Notes: a model not told the origin generated them from the sequence alone. Numbered from the stretch's first letter, positions 19,581 through 30,366 are shown. The stretch: 64,000 nucleotides of DNA from an uncultured virus (IMG/VR IMGVR_UViG_3300037516_001099) (IMGVR_UViG_3300037516_001099); one strand, 5' to 3'. Program-made: numbers and translations.

Positions 19581-21296
19581 ATGGCAACATTAACAAGCGT
19601 AGGCATACAAGTCATAGAATCTGACTTAACACCAGTGACCCAACCACAAGCAGCATCAACTGGTGCATATGTTGGTCACTTTAATTGGGGACCAGTCGAC
19701 ACCGTAGTAAATATTACATCTGAAACTGCTCTAGGACAAACTTATACCACACCAACCAAGACAGCAGATACGGCCGCTGCATCATTCTTAACTGCATCAA
19801 GCTTTTTGAAATATGGTAACTCATTAAAAGTGATTCGTGCTGCAGATTCTGGCAGTGCGCGTAATTCTAAGGGTGAATCCACCTATGGCACACCTGAACC
19901 CACACTTTACATAGGAAACAGTGAGCTGTTTAATTCGCTCGACCCAAGCGCACGAGTTTCGGCATTTTATGCTCGATATCCTGGTGAGATTGGTGATGCA
20001 TTAGGCATACAAATTATTCATGCTAATAATGCAACCACACTCGCGTCGACAGTTAAAGACTATTTTTACGGGGCGCCATCTACAACACCATGGGCTGACG
20101 AGGTCTCTAATATAGATTATGACGACGACGAAATACACGTCATAATCTATGATAAAACTGGTGAGTTAACCGGTGAAAAGCTTACAGTAATAGAAACTTG
20201 GGAAGGATTATCACTTGCGCCTGAAGCTCGTACCGTTGCTGGATCTACTAATTATTGGGCAGACGTAATTAATACTGGCTCGTCGTATATCTATGTTGGA
20301 GACACTTCTGATGTTGCAACATTAACAGGCGGCGTGTACTCGTTAGTTGATAACGTCGGATACTTTTCGTTTAGCGGTGGTGCTAATGGTACACGTGTGT
20401 TCGCCAATGTTGTCAATGCATTGGTGATATTAGAAGATATTGATAACATTGCCGTAAACCTAATATTTGCTGAGGCATTTGAAACCGATATCGACGCTAA
20501 CGTTAATGACGCACTTATTGGTTTAGTCGGAAAACGTAAAGATGCAATGGTATTTTTATCTGCTCCGCTGAATCTCTATAAAACAACTTCAGACGTCGCT
20601 AAGCTTACTGCATTAAAGACATGGAGAGATTCGTTGGCAAATACTTCTGACAGAATTCGCAGCTTTACAGTACTTGATAGTACACCAGTGTATGTTTATA
20701 ACCGATATGCTGATAATTATATGTGGATCCCAGCATGTGGACACATAGCAGGTCTATGTGCATACACAGATGAAATTGCTGATCCATGGTTCTCACCAGC
20801 TGGATTTAATCGTGGTCAATTGCGCGGAGTAACTAAATTGGCATACAATCCTAAAACGGCAGATCGTGATGAGTTATATAATTCAAATATAAATCCAATC
20901 GTAAATATACCAGGCCAAGGCATTATTCTTTATGGGGATAAGACTGGTCAAAAACGTCCTTCTGCGTTTGATCGTATCAATGTTCGTCGTCTATTCATTG
21001 CAATACAGGGGGTAATTTCAGATGCGGCTAAGTATCAACTCTTTGAATTAAACGACGAGTTTACACGAAGTGCATTTATTAATATAATTAATCCATACTT
21101 ACGAGACATTCAAGGTCGTCGTGGTATTATTGAGTATAAAGTAGTATGCGACGAGACTAACAATACACCACAAGTTATAGATAGTAACGGATTTGTGGCT
21201 GATATTTACGTCAAACCTGCGCGCTCGATTAACTATATTTCTCTCAATTTTATAGCAACGCGCACGGGAGTAGTATTTAGCGAATTAGGTGCATAA
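19581..21296 (+). CDS. gp18: Tail sheath protein
   Basis: FNWGP, PWFSPAGFNRG, AFDRINVRRLF, KPARSINYI. Confidence 0.97.
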   Translation: MATLTSVGIQVIESDLTPVTQPQAASTGAYVGHFNWGPVDTVVNITSETALGQTYTTPTKTADTAAASFLTASSFLKYGNSLKVIRAADSGSARNSKGESTYGTPEPTLYIGNSELFNSLDPSARVSAFYARYPGEIGDALGIQIIHANNATTLASTVKDYFYGAPSTTPWADEVSNIDYDDDEIHVIIYDKTGELTGEKLTVIETWEGLSLAPEARTVAGSTNYWADVINTGSSYIYVGDTSDVATLTGGVYSLVDNVGYFSFSGGANGTRVFANVVNALVILEDIDNIAVNLIFAEAFETDIDANVNDALIGLVGKRKDAMVFLSAPLNLYKTTSDVAKLTALKTWRDSLANTSDRIRSFTVLDSTPVYVYNRYADNYMWIPACGHIAGLCAYTDEIADPWFSPAGFNRGQLRGVTKLAYNPKTADRDELYNSNINPIVNIPGQGIILYGDKTGQKRPSAFDRINVRRLFIAIQGVISDAAKYQLFELNDEFTRSAFINIINPYLRDIQGRRGIIEYKVVCDETNNTPQVIDSNGFVADIYVKPARSINYISLNFIATRTGVVFSELGA

Positions 21297-21301
21297 TTTA
21301 T

Positions 21302-21309
21302 TATAAATA
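21302..21309 (+). promoter_or_regulatory. Late promoter TATAAATA
   Basis: Exact consensus before gp19. Confidence 0.8.
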
Positions 21310-21330
21310 ATAAAATAAAACAATAAAAAA

Positions 21331-21870
21331 ATGAGTAATATACAACAATTTAAAGGTCAATTTCAGGGTGGAGCCCGACCAAATTTATTTGAAGTTGAAA
21401 TAAATTTCCCGGCAGCAGTAATTGGTGCTACTAGAGCGAGAGCTCTATCACGGTTCTTAATTAAAGGCGCACAACTTCCAGCTAGCATAATTGCACCAAT
21501 TGAAGTGCCATATCGCGGTCGCAAATTAAAAGTGGCTGGCGACCGTACATTCGAACCATGGACAATTACAGTAATCAATGATGTTAATATGGAAATTCGT
21601 AACGCATTTGAGAGTTGGATGAATCTAATCAATCGTCACCAATCAAATACTACTGCTTTGAATGGATTAAATTATTATCAAGATTTAGTAGTTAGCCAAT
21701 TAAATCGCGACAGCGGAGTGCGCGATGCTACTAAACAATACACATTTATTGATGCGTTTCCAACTAATATTAGTACAATTGAGGTTAACTATGAAACTAA
21801 TGATGCAGTAGAAGAATTTACTGTTGAATTAAATTATCAATATTGGACTTCTGGAACTACTGCTCAATAA
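21331..21870 (+). CDS. gp19: Tail tube protein
   Basis: GGARPNLFEV, RGRKLKVAGDRTFEPW. Confidence 0.96.
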   Translation: MSNIQQFKGQFQGGARPNLFEVEINFPAAVIGATRARALSRFLIKGAQLPASIIAPIEVPYRGRKLKVAGDRTFEPWTITVINDVNMEIRNAFESWMNLINRHQSNTTALNGLNYYQDLVVSQLNRDSGVRDATKQYTFIDAFPTNISTIEVNYETNDAVEEFTVELNYQYWTSGTTAQ

Positions 21871-21886
21871 GTACTGATATTTTGGT

Positions 21887-21894
21887 TATAAATA
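21887..21894 (+). promoter_or_regulatory. Late promoter TATAAATA
   Basis: Exact consensus before gp20. Confidence 0.8.
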
Positions 21895-21900
21895 TATATT

Positions 21901-23496
21901 ATGAAGCTATTCGGCTATGAATTATCCAAGGTAATCAATAAAAAAGATACTCCCGACTTTAATAAGGTACCATCATTTTCTGCTCCGGTTGAAAATGATG
22001 GTACCTCTATTGTAACTTCATCAGCTACGGCTGGTTATTATGGTCAGGTACTTGACATTGACGGCGCAGCCTTGACAAATGAAAAAGACATTATCCTAAA
22101 ATGTCGTACTGCAGCAGTTCAACCAGAATGTGATTCAGCTATATCTGATATTATAAACGCTGCAGTAGTGTCTGACGCTGATGGCTGTCCAGTTAATCTC
22201 ATACTCGACAATCTAGAGCAGCCAGAAAGCATAAAGAAAAAAATATTCGAGGAGTTTGATAAGATAACTAAACTGTTATCCTTTAACTATTCCGGCCAAG
22301 ATATTTTTAGAAAGTGGTATATTGACGGCAAGGTATATTACCATATTATGGTTGATCCTAAAAAACCAAAAGAGGGCATCAAGGAGTTAAGAGCGATTGA
22401 CCCATTAAAGATTAAAAAGGTCAAAGAAATAACAAATAAGGTTGATAAAAATACTGGAGTAAAAACTTCGGAAGTTACTGCAGAATATTTCTTATATTCA
22501 GATGACTTTAACACTAGTAGTGGGTTTAAAATTGACCCAAATAGCATAGTTTATGCTCCTTCCGGGATGCTTGACGAAAGCAATAAGTTTGCTGTTTCAT
22601 ATCTCCATAAGAGTGTAAAGCTTGTAAATCAATTGCGTATGATGGAAGATGCACTCGTGATTTATCGTATATCACGTGCACCAGAACGTCGTGTCTTTTA
22701 TATTGATATTGGTAACTTACCAAAGGGCAAAGCTGAAGAATATGTCCAGGGTATTATGGCAAAATATCGTAACAAGCTCGTTTATGATGCAAATACTGGT
22801 GAGATACGTGATGATCGTAAAAGCATGAGTATGCTTGAAGATTTTTGGTTGCCTCGTCGTGAAGGCGGTCGTGGTACAGAAATTACTACGCTTCCAGGCG
22901 GTGACAATCTTAGCCAAATTGAAGACGTAATTTTCTTCCAAAAGAAACTCTATCGTGCACTAAATGTGCCAGCCAATCGCCTTGATAGTGAGTCTGGATT
23001 TAATATTGGACGTGCAAGTGAAATTTCTCGGGAAGAAGTTAAGTTTCAAAAATTTATCAATCGCTTGCGTAAAAAGTTTTCGTTGATATTTATCGAGGCA
23101 CTGCGTGTACAACTAATACTAAAGGGTATTTGTACTGCAGATGACTGGGAAACCATACGCGAAGGCATTTCAGTTGACTATATTGAAGACAACTATTTCT
23201 CAGAGCTTAAAGACTTTGAGATTATGAGAGAACGCATTTCAATGCTTGATACTATAAGTTCTCATATTGGTAAGTATTATAGCGACAAATGGGTGCGCAG
23301 CAATGTACTTAATCAGTCAGAAGCTGACATTGAGCGCATGAATGCTGAGATTGTTGAAGAAAAACCAGCTGAAGAGACTGCTACTGACGATACTGATAGC
23401 GGCAATGCTGAAGAGTTTGTAAATACTGAAGAAAATTCTTATATAGATAATACTCATAAAGAAGAAATTCATGAGTTGAAACTGAAAATACTATAA
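21901..23496 (+). CDS. gp20: Portal protein
   Basis: YRISRAPERRVFYIDIGNLPK, EDFWLPRREGGRGTEITTLPGG. Confidence 0.98.
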   Translation: MKLFGYELSKVINKKDTPDFNKVPSFSAPVENDGTSIVTSSATAGYYGQVLDIDGAALTNEKDIILKCRTAAVQPECDSAISDIINAAVVSDADGCPVNLILDNLEQPESIKKKIFEEFDKITKLLSFNYSGQDIFRKWYIDGKVYYHIMVDPKKPKEGIKELRAIDPLKIKKVKEITNKVDKNTGVKTSEVTAEYFLYSDDFNTSSGFKIDPNSIVYAPSGMLDESNKFAVSYLHKSVKLVNQLRMMEDALVIYRISRAPERRVFYIDIGNLPKGKAEEYVQGIMAKYRNKLVYDANTGEIRDDRKSMSMLEDFWLPRREGGRGTEITTLPGGDNLSQIEDVIFFQKKLYRALNVPANRLDSESGFNIGRASEISREEVKFQKFINRLRKKFSLIFIEALRVQLILKGICTADDWETIREGISVDYIEDNYFSELKDFEIMRERISMLDTISSHIGKYYSDKWVRSNVLNQSEADIERMNAEIVEEKPAEETATDDTDSGNAEEFVNTEENSYIDNTHKEEIHELKLKIL

Positions 23497-23499
23497 ATA
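23492..23499 (+). promoter_or_regulatory. Late promoter TATAAATA
   Basis: Exact consensus overlapping the gp20 stop codon. Confidence 0.7.
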
Positions 23500-23507
23500 A
23501 CTACTAT

Positions 23508-23675
23508 ATGAGTAAAACAAAAGAGTTTATTGATAATATCATTAATACTGATATGTCTTCTGCATCCTCAAATTTTGATGCTTTGATACGTGATAAAGTG
23601 CGTACCACACTTGAGATTAAAAAAATTGAATTAACATCAAGTATTTACCCTCCTCAAGTTAAGACTGAAGGTTAA
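23508..23675 (+). CDS. Small prohead core protein (gp67-like position, 55 aa, not in ORF track)
   Basis: MSKTKEFIDNIINTD...FDALIRDKVRTTLEIKK between gp20 and gp21, own late promoter. Confidence 0.65.
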   Translation: MSKTKEFIDNIINTDMSSASSNFDALIRDKVRTTLEIKKIELTSSIYPPQVKTEG

Positions 23676-23687
23676 AATTCACTTTTA

Positions 23688-23695
23688 TATAAATA
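23688..23695 (+). promoter_or_regulatory. Late promoter TATAAATA
   Basis: Exact consensus before gp21. Confidence 0.8.
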
Positions 23696-23700
23696 ATTAG

Positions 23701-24345
23701 ATGAAGTTAATAACAGAACACTCTGAAGATTTAAAGTATATTTCAGAAGCGGCTGAAAATGGTGAAAAAAAATTCATTATTGATGGCATTTTTATGCAAG
23801 CCGAGCAGGTAAATCGCAATCGTCGTATTTACCCTAAAACAGTTTTAGAAAGTGCAGTAAACAAATATGTTACTGACTATGTTAATAAGGGACGTGCAGT
23901 CGGTGAACTTAATCACCCAGACGGCCCTACAATTAACCTTGATAAAGTTTCACACCGCATTACCGAACTAAAATGGAACGGTAATGATGTTGTTGGAAAG
24001 GCGCTTATACTTGACACACCAATGGGTAAAATTGTGAAAGGACTTTTGGAAGGTGGCTGTCAATTAGGCGTTTCTAGTCGTGGTATGGGAACCGTTGCGA
24101 GTAAAAATGGCCAAACCTTTGTTAATGATGACTTTGTGTTATCAACAGTTGATATTGTTCAAGACCCAAGTGCTCCGTCTGCTTTTGTAAACGGGATTAT
24201 GGAAGGTGTTGACTGGATCTGGGATAATGGCTTGCTAAAGGCGCAGCAAATTGAAAATTATGAGACAGAAATCAAAAAAGCCTCTTCTGCGCAACTAGCA
24301 GAAACACAAATGAAGGTCTGGTCTGATTTCCTCTCCAAACTCTAA
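23701..24345 (+). CDS. gp21: Prohead protease
   Basis: MKLITE, NRNRRIYP, GELNHP, GVSSRGMG, DPSAPSA. Confidence 0.97.
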   Translation: MKLITEHSEDLKYISEAAENGEKKFIIDGIFMQAEQVNRNRRIYPKTVLESAVNKYVTDYVNKGRAVGELNHPDGPTINLDKVSHRITELKWNGNDVVGKALILDTPMGKIVKGLLEGGCQLGVSSRGMGTVASKNGQTFVNDDFVLSTVDIVQDPSAPSAFVNGIMEGVDWIWDNGLLKAQQIENYETEIKKASSAQLAETQMKVWSDFLSKL

Positions 24346-24366
24346 ACAATAGAAAAAAAGTAATAT

Positions 24367-26118
24367 ATGGAAAATACAACAATTGAAAATACAACTGATG
24401 TCATTGAAGACATCACCGAAGAAACATTACTTTCTCTTGACGAAACCTTAGAGCTTGATCAGGAACAAACTGAGATCGCTGAAGCTAAGTGCAAGAAAGA
24501 GGGAGAAGATATGGAAGACGAGTCTGATGAAGAATCAAGTGATGATTCCGAAGAAGATGAAGAAGAAATGACTGAAGCTAAGGTAACTGAAGCTGAAGTA
24601 AGCTCTGATGAAGAGTTTACTGAATATGCAAAGCAAATACTTAAAGCTGCTCATGGTGATAAGTATGACGAAGATAAGGCAATGAAAACTGCTGAAGGCA
24701 TTCTTAAGAAGGCTGACGGCGATTATGGTGCTGCTATTGGTATGATCACTAGTGGGCTTGGCGAAGAAGAAATGGAAGATGAAGAAAGCATGATGGAAGC
24801 TATTTTAGCAGAAGCAGGTGCTGGAGATACTCTTGATGGTTTTGCTAGCGAACAAGAAATTATTGCTGCGTTATTAAAACTACCTGGCGTAAAAGATCAT
24901 CTTCGTAAAATCAAAGCTAAACCATATTTTGACGATGGTGATTTCGTAGTTGCTAGCAAAACCGCAATTCGTGATGCACTATTTAGCCCAGATATTAAAT
25001 TAGCTGATTTGGCAAAGGCTGTAATGACTGAAAAAGGTGACTTTGCTAAGCCTGAAAAGGAAGCTATGCCTAACAGAGTAATTGCTGCTATGGACAGCGA
25101 AGCTGCAGCTAATAAACTTTTAGATTTAATTAAAGCAAATAATGCTAAGGCTTCTTCTAAAGACATGAAGGTGAAAGCGCAAAAGTTTGCTCGTAAAGAT
25201 GGATTTAAAGTGTATATTACTGGAAACAGCACATCAGCAGTTGGACCATATAAGAAACTTGCTGAAGAGTCTGATCTATATACAGACATCACACATGAAG
25301 AGATGAAAGAAGAAACAACTGAAATCACTGTCGACACCTCTGACATTACTCGCCTTGTCGAGTCTGAAGAAGGTTTAACCGAAGAGTTTAAGGAAAAAGC
25401 TACTACAATCTTTGAAGCTGCTGTTAAAAGCAAGATCAAAGAAACTGAAGAAACACTTAAAGAAAGCTATGCAGCAGTACTAATCGAAGAAGTAGAAACA
25501 ATCAAGGAAGAGTTAATTGACAAAATTGACAACTATCTAACCTATGCGGTTGAAAGTTGGGCAGCTGAAAATGCTGTTGCAATTGAGTCTGGCTTACGTA
25601 CTGAAATTGCTGAAAACTTTATTCAATCGCTTAAGGCTGTATTTGTAGAAAATTATATTGAAGTTCCAGAAGCTAAAAAAGATTTAGTTGCTGAAATGGA
25701 AAGCACCATTGCTAAGCTTCAAGAAGAAGCTACAGACACTGTAGAAAATATCTCAATGTTATCCGAGCGCGTTGAAAAACTTACTCGCGAAAAGATTGTT
25801 GCTGAAGCCGCTACAGACCTTGCTGATACTCAAGTTGAAAAACTTAAGTCTCTTGTTGAAGATGTAAATTATACTTCAGAGAGTGCATATCGTAAAAAAG
25901 TTGAAACCATTAAGGAATTCTACCTTAAAGGAATCTTAGATGAAACCGAAACATTGGTTGAAGAAACAACTGATGAGTCTTCCTATATAACAACCGAAAC
26001 AATTATAGAAAATGAAACGATTGCAGAAGAAACTGTTTCACCTGCAATGCAAAAATATTTGACCGCATTATCCCGTTTGAACAAGGCAAATGAAGCCACT
26101 GTTCCAACACAAGGATAA
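24367..26118 (+). CDS. gp22: Prohead scaffold protein with long N-terminal extension
   Basis: LTEEFKEKATTIFEAAV, IDNYLTYAVESW, LRTEIAE, YIEVP, synteny. Confidence 0.9.
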   Translation: MENTTIENTTDVIEDITEETLLSLDETLELDQEQTEIAEAKCKKEGEDMEDESDEESSDDSEEDEEEMTEAKVTEAEVSSDEEFTEYAKQILKAAHGDKYDEDKAMKTAEGILKKADGDYGAAIGMITSGLGEEEMEDEESMMEAILAEAGAGDTLDGFASEQEIIAALLKLPGVKDHLRKIKAKPYFDDGDFVVASKTAIRDALFSPDIKLADLAKAVMTEKGDFAKPEKEAMPNRVIAAMDSEAAANKLLDLIKANNAKASSKDMKVKAQKFARKDGFKVYITGNSTSAVGPYKKLAEESDLYTDITHEEMKEETTEITVDTSDITRLVESEEGLTEEFKEKATTIFEAAVKSKIKETEETLKESYAAVLIEEVETIKEELIDKIDNYLTYAVESWAAENAVAIESGLRTEIAENFIQSLKAVFVENYIEVPEAKKDLVAEMESTIAKLQEEATDTVENISMLSERVEKLTREKIVAEAATDLADTQVEKLKSLVEDVNYTSESAYRKKVETIKEFYLKGILDETETLVEETTDESSYITTETIIENETIAEETVSPAMQKYLTALSRLNKANEATVPTQG

Positions 26119-26165
26119 AGGTTCCAACCCCAAACAACAACAACAACAAAAGAAAAAATACTATT

Positions 26166-27416
26166 ATGTTTAATTCAGAACAACTCGAAAAAAAGTGGGC
26201 CCCAATTCTTGAGGCTCAAGACGCCCCTAAGTTCAAAGACAACTATCGTAAGTCAATTACTGCAGTTCTCCTTGAAAACCAAGAAAAAGCGCTTCGTGAA
26301 GAAAATTCACAAGCTACTTATCTGTCGGAAGGCAATGGCACCGCAGCTGTACAAAACTGGGATCCAGTTCTTATCAGCCTCGTTCGTCGTGCAATGCCAA
26401 ACATCGTTGCTTATGACATTGCTGGCGTTCAGCCAATGACCATGCCAACCGGCTTGATCTTTGCAATGAAGAGCACCTATCAAAATGCACTTGGCGCCGG
26501 AACAGGTGAAGCTCTCTTCAACGAGCCAGACACAGCATTTGCTGGTCCAGTATCTACTACAGTTGGTGAAGGTCTCACTGGCAGCGGTAATAAGACTGGT
26601 CAGACCAGTGGTAGCGGCACAGTTGGTTTCGGCCAAATGGGCTTTACTGTTGACAAGACCACTGTTACTGCTAAGACACGCGCTCTTAAGGCAGAATACT
26701 CGATGGAACTCGCTCAAGACCTTAAGGCTGTTCACGGCCTTGATGCAGAAGCAGAACTTGCTAACATCCTCAGCACTGAAATTCTTGCTGAAATCAACCG
26801 CGAAGTTATTGACACCGTTAATGCAAAAGCAGTTGTTGGTGGTGTAGCTGGTGATTTTGATCTCGATCAAGACGCTGATGGCCGTTGGGCTGTTGAAAAG
26901 TTCAAGTCACTTCTTTTCCAAATCGAAATCGAAGCGAATGAAGTTGCTAAGCAAACTCGCCGTGGTAAAGGAAACTTTGTACTTTGCAGCAGCAATGTTG
27001 CAAGTGCTCTCGCTGCAGCTGGTGTGCTTGACTATGCTCCAGCTCTTGCAACGAACCTCAATGTCGATGACACTGGTAACGTATTTGCTGGTGTTATTAA
27101 TGGCCGCCTCAAGGTGTTCATTGACCCATTTGCACCTAATGACTATGTAACTGTTGGTTATCGCGGTTCAAACGCATACGATGCAGGTCTCTTCTATTGC
27201 CCATACGTTCCACTCACAATGGTTCGTGCAGTTGATGCAAATACCTTCCAACCAAAGATTGGCTTCAAGACCCGTTATGGTCTCGTTGCTAACCCATTTG
27301 CTGGTGGTGCAGGCACAGACAATGGTGGTGGAGTTGGTACCGACGGTCAAAACCCATACTTCCGTACGTTTACCGTAACTGGTATTGGTGGTACTTCGTA
27401 CGACAACTTAGCATAA
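26166..27416 (+). CDS. gp23: Major capsid protein
   Basis: GVQPMTMPTGLIFAM, ELAQDLKAVHGLDAEAELANILSTEI, FQPKIGFKTRYG. Confidence 0.99.
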   Translation: MFNSEQLEKKWAPILEAQDAPKFKDNYRKSITAVLLENQEKALREENSQATYLSEGNGTAAVQNWDPVLISLVRRAMPNIVAYDIAGVQPMTMPTGLIFAMKSTYQNALGAGTGEALFNEPDTAFAGPVSTTVGEGLTGSGNKTGQTSGSGTVGFGQMGFTVDKTTVTAKTRALKAEYSMELAQDLKAVHGLDAEAELANILSTEILAEINREVIDTVNAKAVVGGVAGDFDLDQDADGRWAVEKFKSLLFQIEIEANEVAKQTRRGKGNFVLCSSNVASALAAAGVLDYAPALATNLNVDDTGNVFAGVINGRLKVFIDPFAPNDYVTVGYRGSNAYDAGLFYCPYVPLTMVRAVDANTFQPKIGFKTRYGLVANPFAGGAGTDNGGGVGTDGQNPYFRTFTVTGIGGTSYDNLA

Positions 27417-27446
27417 GCTATTATATTAGGTTAAACCCTTAAAACT

Positions 27447-27477
27447 AGAGGCTACCCTTTCGGGTAGCCTCTTTTTT
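27447..27477 (+). terminator. Rho-independent terminator after gp23
   Basis: AGAGGCTACCC-TTTC-GGGTAGCCTCT followed by a T-run. Confidence 0.92.
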
Positions 27478-27491
27478 GCATAAATAATAGT

Positions 27492-27947
27492 ATGATAGAT
27501 TCAAATTTATTAGCATTGACTGGGTTTAAACTATTCATAAACTCAGAGGACTTTAAACACACTCAATATTTTGCGGTAAGTGCAAGTTTTCCTAGTGTAT
27601 CGTTGGCAGAAGTAACTACTGGGTATAAAAATAATCAAGGATTTGTACCTGGAGATAAATTAGCATATGATCCTTTAACTATGCGAATTGCAATAGATGA
27701 AAAATTAGAGTCATATCGAGAAATTTTCAATTGGATGCATTCAAACACTAAAAATAGAGAATTAATAGTCCATGATATTACTTTGCATTTTCTAACAAAT
27801 CATAATAATATATCTCGCAGTGTACGTTTTGCAAATGCCTTTCCTACAGCTATAGGAGGATTAGAATTTAACGTTCAACAAACCGAATCCGAGTATGCCT
27901 TTTTAGACGCTACTTTCAGATATGACTATTTTGAATTTATAGAATGA
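27492..27947 (+). CDS. gp3: Tail tube terminator/completion protein gp3-like
   Basis: PGDKLAYDPL...IDEKLESYREIFNW, FPTAIGGLEF, position after gp23. Confidence 0.8.
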   Translation: MIDSNLLALTGFKLFINSEDFKHTQYFAVSASFPSVSLAEVTTGYKNNQGFVPGDKLAYDPLTMRIAIDEKLESYREIFNWMHSNTKNRELIVHDITLHFLTNHNNISRSVRFANAFPTAIGGLEFNVQQTESEYAFLDATFRYDYFEFIE

Positions 27948-27957
27948 TATATAATAT

Positions 27958-28407
27958 ATGATGCAACTTGAAGATATACTTAAATTATGGGAAACTGATA
28001 GTGTTATTGATGACGTTAATCTAGACGAAACTAGCGTAAAGAGTGCTAGACTGCATTCTAAATATTTAGAACTCTATAGTATCGCAAAATTACACCTTAA
28101 GAAAAAAGAATTAAATATGGCTCACTTACGTAAAGATAAGTGGTTGTATTATAATGGTAAGATGTCAAAGGAAGAAATGGATGCTAAAGGTTGGCCGTAT
28201 GATCCCTTCTCTGGAATGGCAAAGCCACTTAAGAGTGATATGGAATTATTCTATAGTACCGACACTGATACTATGAAGTTACAGGGGCAAATCGAATATC
28301 AGTGTACAATTGTAGAGGCTCTTAAAGATATTATGGATAATATTAAATGGCGTCACTCTACAATTAAAAATATTATAACGTGGAAACAGTTTGTATCTGG
28401 ATCTTAA
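27958..28407 (+). CDS. uvsY: Recombination mediator UvsY
   Basis: WETDSVID, LHSKYL, WLYYNGK, IKNIITW. Confidence 0.9.
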   Translation: MMQLEDILKLWETDSVIDDVNLDETSVKSARLHSKYLELYSIAKLHLKKKELNMAHLRKDKWLYYNGKMSKEEMDAKGWPYDPFSGMAKPLKSDMELFYSTDTDTMKLQGQIEYQCTIVEALKDIMDNIKWRHSTIKNIITWKQFVSGS

Positions 28408-29909
28408 TGAAAAATATAGGAATAAGCAAGATTGATGAGACGTCAGTAAGAATAGTCTCAAATGACTCTGGTATTCTCTGTGAGCTATCAGAGCATTTTA
28501 CATTTTTTGCCGAGGGTTATAAATTTATGCCTGCATTTCGGAATAAAATGTGGGACGGAAAAGTACGTCTTTATGATTCTCGTACAGGACGACTGCCATA
28601 TGGATTGTTGTTTGAGGTATTAAAATTTGCTGAGTCACACAACTATAGTTATGAATTGCATCCCAACATAACAGAGCGTGATGTGCCATATGCTGAGGCC
28701 TTGCTAGAGTATGCAAATAGTTTACATATAACAAGCGGTGGCACACAAATAACTCCACGAGACTATCAATATAGTGCATACACACACGCTTGCGCTGAAG
28801 GACGTGGGCTAATTATATCTCCTACTGGGTCTGGAAAAAGTTTAATTATTTACCTGTGTGTTCGTTGGTTTTTAGAACACCATGACCAAAAAATACTAAT
28901 TATAGTTCCTACCACGTCGCTGGTTGAACAAATGACAAAAGACTTTGCTGACTATTCTGAAAAAGACCCTTCATTTGATGTCGAGTCTGAAGTGCATAAG
29001 ATTTATTCAGGCAAAGAAAAACATAGTATAGATTCAAGAGTAATTGTTACTACATGGCAAAGTGCAATTACACTTCAAAAATCTTGGTTCCAAAGCTATG
29101 GTATGGTGATTGGCGACGAAGCGCATCTCTTTAAGGCAAAAAGTTTAAATACAATTATGTCTGCGTGCGTTAATGCAGCCTATCGAATTGGCACCACTGG
29201 CACACTTGATGGCAGTCTCTGTAATGAGCGTGTGCTAGTTGGTAACTTTGGGCCAACACATCGAGTAATTACTACAAAGGAACTTATTGATAATGACACC
29301 CTAGCTGCCTTAAAAATTAAGTGTATTGTATGCAACCACAATGATGAACTTAAGAAAGTTGTTTCTAAAGTCGATTACCAAACTGAGATTGATGCAATCG
29401 TAACTCATGACGGACGTAACAACTTTATAGCAAACCTCGCGCTTGATCAAAAGGGCAACACACTTGTTCTTTTTAATCTTGTTCAGAAGCATGGCAAGCC
29501 ATTATTTGAACTTATAAGTAACATTAATAAAGACTCTGACCGACATATATTCTATGTGTCTGGTGAGGTAAATGCAACAAACCGAGAACACATACGAGAA
29601 TTAACCGAAACACAGAACAATGCAATTATTGTGGCGAGTATGGGAACGTTCAGCGTGGGAATTAATATTAAAAATTTACATCAAATTATTTTCGCTGCGC
29701 CAACGAAGAGTCAAATACGCGTATTACAAAGCATTGGTCGAGGACTACGAAAGTCTGATGACGGTCGAACAACAACAGTCTATGACATATCAGACAACTT
29801 TAGCTGGAAAAAGAAAAAGAATTACACGTTGCAACACGCGATAGAACGTACTAAAATATATGCCCGCGAAGGTTTTAACTATAAACTATACGAAATACAG
29901 TTACCATGA
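28407..29909 (+). CDS. uvsW: SF2 helicase UvsW
   Basis: PRDYQ, SPTGSGKS, DEAH, QSIGRGLR. Start at the TAATG overlap. Confidence 0.95.
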   Translation: MKNIGISKIDETSVRIVSNDSGILCELSEHFTFFAEGYKFMPAFRNKMWDGKVRLYDSRTGRLPYGLLFEVLKFAESHNYSYELHPNITERDVPYAEALLEYANSLHITSGGTQITPRDYQYSAYTHACAEGRGLIISPTGSGKSLIIYLCVRWFLEHHDQKILIIVPTTSLVEQMTKDFADYSEKDPSFDVESEVHKIYSGKEKHSIDSRVIVTTWQSAITLQKSWFQSYGMVIGDEAHLFKAKSLNTIMSACVNAAYRIGTTGTLDGSLCNERVLVGNFGPTHRVITTKELIDNDTLAALKIKCIVCNHNDELKKVVSKVDYQTEIDAIVTHDGRNNFIANLALDQKGNTLVLFNLVQKHGKPLFELISNINKDSDRHIFYVSGEVNATNREHIRELTETQNNAIIVASMGTFSVGINIKNLHQIIFAAPTKSQIRVLQSIGRGLRKSDDGRTTTVYDISDNFSWKKKKNYTLQHAIERTKIYAREGFNYKLYEIQLP

Positions 29910-30343
29910 TTGATGGTTTGTATTTAAAGTTAAAGGACTTGGACATAAGAGTCTTTACGCTGTCGAGTGGCAAAGCACTTATAGGAGAGGTTGTACATGA
30001 GTATGAAGAAGGCATACAGTTAAATTGTCCATTAGAGATTAGAAAGGTAATATTGCAGTCTGGAGAGTATAGTGAAATAATGTTACCAATGTTGGCAGGC
30101 AACACCACTGAGAATTGTATCGTCTATGATCGTAGCATTGAAACAGAATCAGACACATCTGATGTTATTAAGAGGAAATATGCAGAGGCTCTAGTATATC
30201 AAAGACTAATGCAGCTAATGTCAGAATCATCAGAAGAATCAGAAGACTTAAGTTATCCCTCACCTAATATTGATCCACCAGATTCATTGGTATCAGACAC
30301 TGATTTATGGAATATCTTCTTAGATCGTTGGAAGGTTGTATAG
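29906..30343 (+). CDS. Conserved hypothetical (Sm-like) protein between uvsW and gp55
   Basis: LSSGKALIGEV motif, conserved position in T4-like phages. Confidence 0.6.
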   Translation: MIDGLYLKLKDLDIRVFTLSSGKALIGEVVHEYEEGIQLNCPLEIRKVILQSGEYSEIMLPMLAGNTTENCIVYDRSIETESDTSDVIKRKYAEALVYQRLMQLMSESSEESEDLSYPSPNIDPPDSLVSDTDLWNIFLDRWKVV

Positions 30344-30366
30344 TGTCTATCAAACAATCATAGATT

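Noticed and set aside
24897..26870. Long minus-strand ORFs opposite gp22 and gp23
   Set aside because: Antisense shadows from biased codon usage, with no independent signals.
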